Source: a virus | Lineage: Duplodnaviria; Heunggongvirae; Uroviricota; Caudoviricetes | IMG/VR virus record: IMGVR_UViG_3300028603_000027 | Coordinates: 64,001-87,321 of that record | Direction: 5' to 3' (one strand) | DNA: 23,321 nucleotides | Part shown: positions 17,026 through 23,321 of the stretch, in pieces | Numbering within the stretch: the stretch's first letter is position 1 | Layout: every line of letters begins with the position of its first letter | Notes under the pieces: model-generated | What the model saw: the letters and a program-made list of their open reading frames with translations, nothing else | What the model was told of the DNA's origin: nothing | Database searches by the model: none | Program-made: the position numbers and the translations under genes

Positions 17026-18468
17026 ATGGCAGGATTAACAGAACATGGCCTCACAGTAAAGAGGCTTCACGAAGTCATTTCTGATTCTAAAGCACGAGCA
17101 CAAGTAATTTTTCAAGACCTCGTTCCTCCTGGCGATATTGTAGATACTTCTGACAGTACCACAATTGGTAGGTTAATTGGTCTAAAAAGTCCAGCCATTG
17201 CTGATTTATGGGAAGCAGTACAACAAGTGTATTTGGCTTTTGACCCTAACAGTGCAACAGGTGTGGCTTTAGATAATTTAGTAGCTATTGGCGGTATCTC
17301 ACGCTTTCCCGATAGTTCTACTGTAGCAGATGTAATTGTGACAGGGAACAGTGGAATTACTATTCCTATAGGGAGTGTGGCTCGAAGTAGCACAACTTCT
17401 CAGTTGTATGAAACAACGGAAGATATCCTATTAACACCTGAGAGTTGTCATGGAGTTGGAATTGGGATTACAAGCATTGTCCCAAATCAAGAATACACCG
17501 TATTTTACAGACACACTTCAGAAGGGGCATATCTCCCCATTCGTTATACAACTGGCCCTACCCCCAATACAAGTGAAATTGTAGAAGGGTTAATAGAAGA
17601 CATTGAAGATAACCACTCTGCGATTAAAGGGTATGAAGTAGAAGGTAAGTTGTACATTGAAGGTGAAGCAGAATTTCAACTACTGGAATTCTTCACTTCG
17701 GGCAACATGCAAATCGAAAAAGTATTGGCTGTAGGCAGAGTTGTAGCTCAAGAGACAGGTGGTTTTGAACAGCCAGCAGATACGATCAATACAATTGCTA
17801 CTCCGGTGTTTGGATGGGATGCAATCACCAATCCACTCCCTGCCGTTGTAGGAAGATCAAGAGAAACAGATTCCGAGCTTAGAAATAGATTCCGTGAGAC
17901 AAAGTTCCAAAGAGCTACCAATATCATTGAATCTCTATATAGCGCACTGTATGGCATCACTGGTGTTAATAGTATTGCAATATACGAGAATGACACAGAC
18001 TTAACGGATGAGAATGGTTTACCTCCTCACTCGTTCCACGTGATTATTGATGGTGGTTTGGAGACAGAAGTAGCTAGAGCTATTTGGCTTAATAGGCCAA
18101 CAGGTATTCTTTCTGTAGGTTCCACTTCAATAGATATCTTGGATGCTTTTGGCTATGTAAGGACAATTAGATTTTCTAGACCAGAAGAGATTGAAATTTA
18201 CGTGAGAATGACCCTCACTAGGTTTGCTACTTATCCACCTAACGGCGATGACAGTATTAAACAAGCAGTGAGTGAATATGTTGACACTCTTGTAATTGGA
18301 CAAGACCTTGTATTTAGTAGGTTATATACGCCTATTAACACTGTGACTGGACATCAAGTAGATTCTCTCGAAGTGTCCTTAGATGGCGACAATTGGTTTT
18401 CATCCAATATTATTGCTAATTTAAATCAAAGAATTATTCTTCCTATTACCAACATCAGTATTACGTAA
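17026..18468 (+). CDS. Baseplate wedge protein (baseplate J-like)
   Basis: 480 aa; DPNSATGVALD, GRSRETDSELR and PPHSFHVIIDGG motifs typical of gpJ-like proteins. Confidence 0.88.
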   Translation: MAGLTEHGLTVKRLHEVISDSKARAQVIFQDLVPPGDIVDTSDSTTIGRLIGLKSPAIADLWEAVQQVYLAFDPNSATGVALDNLVAIGGISRFPDSSTVADVIVTGNSGITIPIGSVARSSTTSQLYETTEDILLTPESCHGVGIGITSIVPNQEYTVFYRHTSEGAYLPIRYTTGPTPNTSEIVEGLIEDIEDNHSAIKGYEVEGKLYIEGEAEFQLLEFFTSGNMQIEKVLAVGRVVAQETGGFEQPADTINTIATPVFGWDAITNPLPAVVGRSRETDSELRNRFRETKFQRATNIIESLYSALYGITGVNSIAIYENDTDLTDENGLPPHSFHVIIDGGLETEVARAIWLNRPTGILSVGSTSIDILDAFGYVRTIRFSRPEEIEIYVRMTLTRFATYPPNGDDSIKQAVSEYVDTLVIGQDLVFSRLYTPINTVTGHQVDSLEVSLDGDNWFSSNIIANLNQRIILPITNISIT

Positions 18469-18478
18469 GGAGTGAGTT

Positions 18479-19522
18479 ATGCAAAATGAATTCAACCTTA
18501 CACACTACCTAGAAGAAGCGAGAGGAAGGGTAACAGAACAATTTATTGGTGCTCCGGTATTCGATAAATACCTACAGCTATTAGTAGCTGATAGTGTTGA
18601 ATTGCAGATGGTCTTAAAAGACTTGATGGAGAAGAGAAGTCTAAACACCGCAGAGGGCATTCAACTAGATATTCTTGGAGACATTGTTGGACAACCTCGC
18701 ACTTTGATAGATGCAGACCTACTTACCTTTTTCGGCTTTGAAGGAGAGTGGCAAGCAGACAGCTACGGGAATCTTTATGACCCGGCTGTAGGTAGTGCTT
18801 GGTGGGATGGTAGAGCTTCTAGGATAGGGAATATCACTCTTACAGATGATCTATATAGACTTCTGATTAAAGCAAAAATTGCAAAGAACGTTACAAGGGC
18901 TACGCCTGAAGACATAATGACTTTTTCCAACTTCGTATTTAATACGAACGGAAGTAATATTGTGGAAGAAGGGGCAGCGAAGTTTAGGCTCATGATTGGT
19001 CGAAACTTGACAAGAGAAGAAGTGGCCCTGCTTCGTTACATAAACACTACTGCTAGCTATGAAAGCATTCTATTACCCAAACCAATAGGTGTGGGAATGG
19101 TATACGGCAGCTTTGATTATGAGCAATTCTTTGGATTTCAAGGTGTTCCTAATGTAAAGGGATATGGCGCTTTTACATACACTCACTTCTTTAACGGAAC
19201 TTTTGTTGGAGATGGAAGTGTAGTTCCTTCCTTGACGATGCTATTAGATGTTAATGGCAACCCATACGACCCAAGCCCACAATACGAATGCAAGTTTGAA
19301 GCTATGTTTGCCTTTGATGGTGTAGAAGGAGCTACAGGCTTTGGCACGTATTCTCCAATAGGCGACGTGGTTGATGGCGGGAATTGGAATAGAGTGATTG
19401 GAAGAGAAGTGATTCCTCAAGTTTGCACGATCATTGAAAGAGAAGTGGATATTACGCCCGGAGACGGAAAGGTGTTTGGGGGCAAATGGGCTTCGTATCA
19501 CGATAACATTACTGATAGGTAG
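18479..19522 (+). CDS. Baseplate wedge / fibre-attachment protein (DUF2612-like)
   Basis: 347 aa; AEGIQLDILGDIVG, LTDDLYRLLIKAKIAKN and LPKPIGV motifs; follows gpJ. Confidence 0.8.
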   Translation: MQNEFNLTHYLEEARGRVTEQFIGAPVFDKYLQLLVADSVELQMVLKDLMEKRSLNTAEGIQLDILGDIVGQPRTLIDADLLTFFGFEGEWQADSYGNLYDPAVGSAWWDGRASRIGNITLTDDLYRLLIKAKIAKNVTRATPEDIMTFSNFVFNTNGSNIVEEGAAKFRLMIGRNLTREEVALLRYINTTASYESILLPKPIGVGMVYGSFDYEQFFGFQGVPNVKGYGAFTYTHFFNGTFVGDGSVVPSLTMLLDVNGNPYDPSPQYECKFEAMFAFDGVEGATGFGTYSPIGDVVDGGNWNRVIGREVIPQVCTIIEREVDITPGDGKVFGGKWASYHDNITDR

Positions 19523-19527
19523 GTAAG

Positions 19528-20721
19528 ATGGCAAAATATGTAGATAAGCCCTTGTGGGAAGAAGAAGTATTGATTCCAGACACGAGTACCCCTGTTTTAG
19601 GCGGTCAACCTGTTTGGGAACAAGATCAGTTTGTAGATGGCTTTTATAATGTGCCTATTGCCATTCTAGCAGATCGAACTAGGCACTTAAAAAACAGAAT
19701 TGATGGCGTAGAACAAGAAGTGACAGAAGGCTTAGAAGGCTTTTTGATTGCTGAAGAGAATCTAGCAGACCTTACAGATGTTGCCCAAGCTAAATATAAT
19801 CTTGGTTTAAATTTGGTAGATAACACCAGCGATGCCGACAAGCCAATCAGTACAGATACACAGGCAGCTTTAAATAGCAAAGTTGATATTGTAGCTGGAA
19901 AAGGATTATCAACCGAAGACTTCACTACGACTGAGAAAAGCAAACTTGCGGGTATTGCCACAGGTGCTACAGCAAATACAGGTACTGTCACTTCAATTAA
20001 CGTTGCCGTTCCTACGGGACTGCAAGTAGCTGGTGGCCCAATCACTAATTCAGGGACTATCACTGTTAGTTATGCAAGTGGTTATGCAATTCCCACAACA
20101 ACCAAACAAGGGCAATGGGACACGGCATACGGGTGGGGAAATCACTCTACTGCGGGATATGCTTTATCTTCGTCTTTAGCTCCTGTCGCCACTTCAGGTA
20201 ATTGGGCAGACGTTGCAAATAAGCCTGCTGTTATGGCTGTAGGTGCTACGCAACAAGAAGCTAGAGACGCTATTGGGGCAGGTACTTCTGATCTTCAGAT
20301 CGGAACTACAGCTTCCACAGCTAAAGCAGGTAATTATTCTCCTACTTCGGCTACGAAAGAGAACGTATTACAAGGCTCTTCTTCGTCAGTGTTTGTTACT
20401 CCCTCTTCATATTTCAATGTAATTTCGTGGGCAACAGCTTCGCCTTCTGGCACAGTTACCCTAGATTTGGATAGTTCTTTGAATCATGATCTTACAGTGA
20501 GTGGAAGTGTAACGATGGCTTCTCCAAGCAATGCAGACGTAGGAAAGACAGGAGATATCGTTATCCGAATGACAGCAAATGGAGCAGTGAGTTGGAACCC
20601 TAATTGGAAATTCTTAGGCTCAGTTCCCGATATTGGTGAAAGCGGGGAGATGTGGGTGATTTCTTACAAGGTATTGAGCGGTACAGAAATATTAGCTTCT
20701 GCCAATAAAGTTGCGAGTTAA
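19528..20721 (+). CDS. Tail fibre protein
   Basis: 397 aa; N-terminal anchor PVLGG...ILADRTRHLK; fibre shaft motifs ADKPISTDTQAAL, GKGLSTEDFTT and GTVTSI; Thr/Ala/Ser/Gly-rich; beta-rich C-terminal head. Confidence 0.75.
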   Translation: MAKYVDKPLWEEEVLIPDTSTPVLGGQPVWEQDQFVDGFYNVPIAILADRTRHLKNRIDGVEQEVTEGLEGFLIAEENLADLTDVAQAKYNLGLNLVDNTSDADKPISTDTQAALNSKVDIVAGKGLSTEDFTTTEKSKLAGIATGATANTGTVTSINVAVPTGLQVAGGPITNSGTITVSYASGYAIPTTTKQGQWDTAYGWGNHSTAGYALSSSLAPVATSGNWADVANKPAVMAVGATQQEARDAIGAGTSDLQIGTTASTAKAGNYSPTSATKENVLQGSSSSVFVTPSSYFNVISWATASPSGTVTLDLDSSLNHDLTVSGSVTMASPSNADVGKTGDIVIRMTANGAVSWNPNWKFLGSVPDIGESGEMWVISYKVLSGTEILASANKVAS

Positions 20722-20735
20722 TAACGGAGAGTCGT

Positions 20736-21227
20736 ATGAGCGTATTTGTTAATTCAGCCGGAACACCTATCTACCCTAGTGGGTGGGTGTATAACGGCAT
20801 CCAATACCCGGACAGGGTATTTAATGAGTGGCAGGACACACAGTTAGCTTCAATTGGAATTTACCGTGTAGTGTTTACAGAGGTGGAAATTCCATCAGGA
20901 AAAAGAGTGGCACATTACACCTATGAAATAGAAGGTGATATTGCTAAAGCTACTCCTGTTTTTGAAGATATTCCTGTTGTGGTGCCTGAAACGGTTTCTA
21001 AAGCACAAGGTAAAGCTGCACTATTGCATGCGGGCTATCTTGATGCAGTTGAAGCCTATATAAATTCTTTGGAAAGCACAGACAAAATTTTAGCGTTAAT
21101 TGCTTTCAATGACACTACAGAGTGGCGAAGAGATAGTCCTTTCTTGTCCCAAGCTGCTGTATCGCTAGGCATGTCAGAAGAACAATTAGATAATTTGTTT
21201 TTACTTGCAGAATCTATAATTTTATAA
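20736..21227 (+). CDS. Tail-fibre-associated / assembly-chaperone-like protein
   Basis: 163 aa after the fibre; GIQYP N-terminal motif and VPETVSKAQGKAALL...EWRRDSP...LGMSEEQLDNLF C-terminal motif, common next to phage fibres. Confidence 0.55.
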   Translation: MSVFVNSAGTPIYPSGWVYNGIQYPDRVFNEWQDTQLASIGIYRVVFTEVEIPSGKRVAHYTYEIEGDIAKATPVFEDIPVVVPETVSKAQGKAALLHAGYLDAVEAYINSLESTDKILALIAFNDTTEWRRDSPFLSQAAVSLGMSEEQLDNLFLLAESIIL

Positions 21228-21242
21228 GAATGGGAGAACATA

Positions 21243-21866
21243 ATGGCTGAAATCTCGAAGCCAACTACCCTTAACTCCATTTGGGCTGCGAATGGAGAAA
21301 GGATTAAGCCTGCTGATGAAAAAATTCAGCGTGGGTGGATTGTAGAAATCCCCACAATGCAGCATGAAAACTGGATTACAAACCGGCAAGATACAGCCCT
21401 CGCGCACATTAACCAACACGGTGTAGCTGTGTGGGATGCATTCACTCAATACCTTGGGATGAAGAGTTATGTGCAAGGCAGAGATGGGAAAATTTATAAG
21501 GCGTTAGTAGATAACATTAACACCGACCCGGTAGGAGATGAGAACACTTGGATGGTGGCCTTTGTTTCATCTGATGACCCTAGCGGCATGAAGGTGTTTA
21601 ACGGCTACACGCTTATCTCTTCAAACTTCGACGTTCAAGTGAATACACGCTATTACGCTATGGCCTCAGTGACGCTCTCGCTTCCTGCATCGGCCCTTGG
21701 CGGGGATAGTGTGATTATCAACAAGGCTCCGGGTGCAGAAGTCACTGTGATTGTAGAAGGTGGTGGTCAAATCTCCACTTTTAGCGGTTTGATGGATGCA
21801 GTGATTTTTGATATTCACGATGAATTGAATATTGTGTGGAACAACACGCACTGGCAGACATCGTAA
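21243..21866 (+). CDS. Short tail-fibre anchor / adaptor protein
   Basis: 207 aa; N-terminus SIWAANG...GWIVEIP...ENWITNRQD...HINQHG is a myovirus fibre baseplate-anchor; ends with a TLSLPASALGGDSVII...WNNTHW beta domain. Confidence 0.65.
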   Translation: MAEISKPTTLNSIWAANGERIKPADEKIQRGWIVEIPTMQHENWITNRQDTALAHINQHGVAVWDAFTQYLGMKSYVQGRDGKIYKALVDNINTDPVGDENTWMVAFVSSDDPSGMKVFNGYTLISSNFDVQVNTRYYAMASVTLSLPASALGGDSVIINKAPGAEVTVIVEGGGQISTFSGLMDAVIFDIHDELNIVWNNTHWQTS

Positions 21867-21881
21867 AAGGAGATACAAATA

Positions 21882-23321
21882 ATGGCAACTATTAGAATTA
21901 GTGAACTACGCGCTTCAGATGGTGGCTCCGGCGAAGCAGTTAGTTTGATTGGCCCTACAAACGTAGTGGCAGGAACAAACAACACTTACACCATTACGGA
22001 TTATGACGACTTCAGTACATATTCTGTTTCAGTAAATATTGGCACTGCAAGCATTGCAGACGAAGTGATTACTCTTTCTGTTCCAGGCGGTGCAACGGGC
22101 AGCGTAGTAATGACTGTACGTAGAAATACAAGCACTCGAATCTTCCAAGTGGCGATTGGTGCTTCAGCAGTAGCAACTCCATCCATCATTTCACCAATTA
22201 ACGGTGCAACGAATATTCCAACTTCTGTGACCTTACAAGCCACTTCTTTTGCCACGATTCCAGCAGGAATTGATACGCAATTGAATTCACAATGGCAGAT
22301 TGCAAGAGATGCAGGATTTTCAGATATTGTTGATGGGGGTATTGTCACTAGCGGGAATATGTCTGTATTTTCAGCAAGTAACCTTCCTCGTAACACTCAA
22401 CTATATGCAAGAGTGAGATACGAAGGCAATGTTCTTGGTGTTAGTGCATATTCAAACACAATTACCTTTGCTACTACCAATCAACAAATCAATCAACCTA
22501 CAGTGAGTATTGTTGGAAGTAATGTAGATGTCAACGAAAACCCAACATTTAATTCTTCAGCTTTTAGTGTAACTCCCGCTGGAAGTGACACTCACGTTGC
22601 GTCTACTTGGGTGATACGTCTTGCGGCTGATGATTCTGTTGTTTGGCAACTAAACAATAGCAGTAGTAATAGAACTTCAGTGACAGTGCCAATGGGCGTT
22701 TTGTCTACAAGTACACAGTACACAATTGAAGTGCAACATATCGGGGGTTTCGGAAGCAGTATGTTCAGCGAAAAACTTACATTCACTACATCATCTACTT
22801 TTGTTCCTTATGTTCCGGGTGGGCCTTTTGGTGGTGGATATTATGCAGGGAGAATTAGAGTAGGGACACAAGATTATGCTCTTGTTGTTGCTCCTAAATC
22901 TCTTGGTGGCGAAGCCCCAGGTACATTAACTTGGAAAACTTCCCAAACAACCACTACAGGAACATCAAGTGTTAACGATGGTGTGACAAATACAAATGCA
23001 ATGATGGCAGCAGGAGCTTCCAATCATCCAGCAGCTAACTTTTGTCGTAGTCTCACTATTGGCGGTTATAGCGATTGGTATCTGCCTGCCAAGGATGAGC
23101 TTGAAATCCTGTATAGAAATTTCAAGCCAACTACGCAGGCGAACAACACAAGCTATGGCGCTAATAGTAGCAGTGTTCCCCCACAAGGAAATTACACTTC
23201 GGGCAATCCGGCTCAAACTTCTATTGCTTTGTTTAAAGAAGGTGCAGCAGAGGCTTTTCAGGCTAACTGGTATTGGTCTTCAACAGAATATAATTCGTCG
23301 CTTGGTTGGCTTCAGAACTTC
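21882..23321 (+). CDS. Ig/FN3-repeat + DUF1566(Lcl)-like C-type-lectin domain protein, putative receptor-binding/adhesion protein (3'-partial)
   Basis: Absent from the ORF track because it has no stop in the window. ATG 21882 with AAGGAG RBS; 480 codons open to the last base. Two FN3-like repeats (about 22173-22478 and 22488-22790), then GGPFGGGYYAG, NDGVTNT, GGYSDWYLPAKDEL and YWSSTE motifs. Confidence 0.8.
   Translation, partial: MATIRISELRASDGGSGEAVSLIGPTNVVAGTNNTYTITDYDDFSTYSVSVNIGTASIADEVITLSVPGGATGSVVMTVRRNTSTRIFQVAIGASAVATPSIISPINGATNIPTSVTLQATSFATIPAGIDTQLNSQWQIARDAGFSDIVDGGIVTSGNMSVFSASNLPRNTQLYARVRYEGNVLGVSAYSNTITFATTNQQINQPTVSIVGSNVDVNENPTFNSSAFSVTPAGSDTHVASTWVIRLAADDSVVWQLNNSSSNRTSVTVPMGVLSTSTQYTIEVQHIGGFGSSMFSEKLTFTTSSTFVPYVPGGPFGGGYYAGRIRVGTQDYALVVAPKSLGGEAPGTLTWKTSQTTTTGTSSVNDGVTNTNAMMAAGASNHPAANFCRSLTIGGYSDWYLPAKDELEILYRNFKPTTQANNTSYGANSSSVPPQGNYTSGNPAQTSIALFKEGAAEAFQANWYWSSTEYNSSLGWLQNF

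Noticed and set aside
76-23216. Numerous minus-strand and alternate-frame ORFs in the track (for example 640-978, 4552-4812, 7527-7910, 7778-7975, 8393-8845, 12628-12918, 17112-17393, 19644-20063, 22001-22396)
   Set aside because: They lie wholly within well-supported + strand genes, lack RBSs and recognisable motifs, and read as antisense or shifted shadows of biased codon usage.
1-23321. DGR template repeat, CRISPR array, tRNA, or invertible fibre segment within the window
   Set aside because: Intergenic gaps are short. I saw no AAC-rich second copy of the YWSSTE region, no regularly spaced repeats, no cloverleaf, and no recombinase or long inverted repeats; this was by eye only.

Overview
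This window is a contiguous virion-morphogenesis module of a contractile-tailed dsDNA phage (myovirus). On the + strand it encodes, in order: the 3' end of the large terminase, portal, XkdF-like prohead protease, scaffold, head decoration protein, major capsid protein (cap_E type), four head-tail/neck/tail-completion genes, a DUF3383-type tail sheath, three tail-tube paralogues, a tail assembly chaperone pair, tape measure, a full baseplate set, and a tail-fibre/receptor-binding region. Gene order and motifs resemble the PAK_P1/KPP10-, rV5- and Felix-O1-like lytic myoviruses; this is recognition from memory, not a database result, and the host cannot be determined. Points the ORF track does not show: (1) a 480-codon ORF from 21882 runs off the right edge and encodes an Ig-like domain, two FN3-like repeats and a DUF1566/Lcl C-type-lectin-like domain, a fold typical of diversity-generating-retroelement targets; (2) the sheath gene is broken by a single frame change at about 8011; (3) the only minus-strand gene, an HNH-like/AP2 homing endonuclease, has its own sigma70 promoter and is flanked by a 14-bp direct repeat that duplicates the start of the downstream tube-like gene; (4) a complete -1 frameshift signal (CCCAAAC, 7-nt spacer, 12-bp hairpin) joins the two chaperone ORFs; (5) an in-frame internal start may yield a nested scaffold protein. 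No RNA genes, CRISPR array, integrase or reverse transcriptase are seen.
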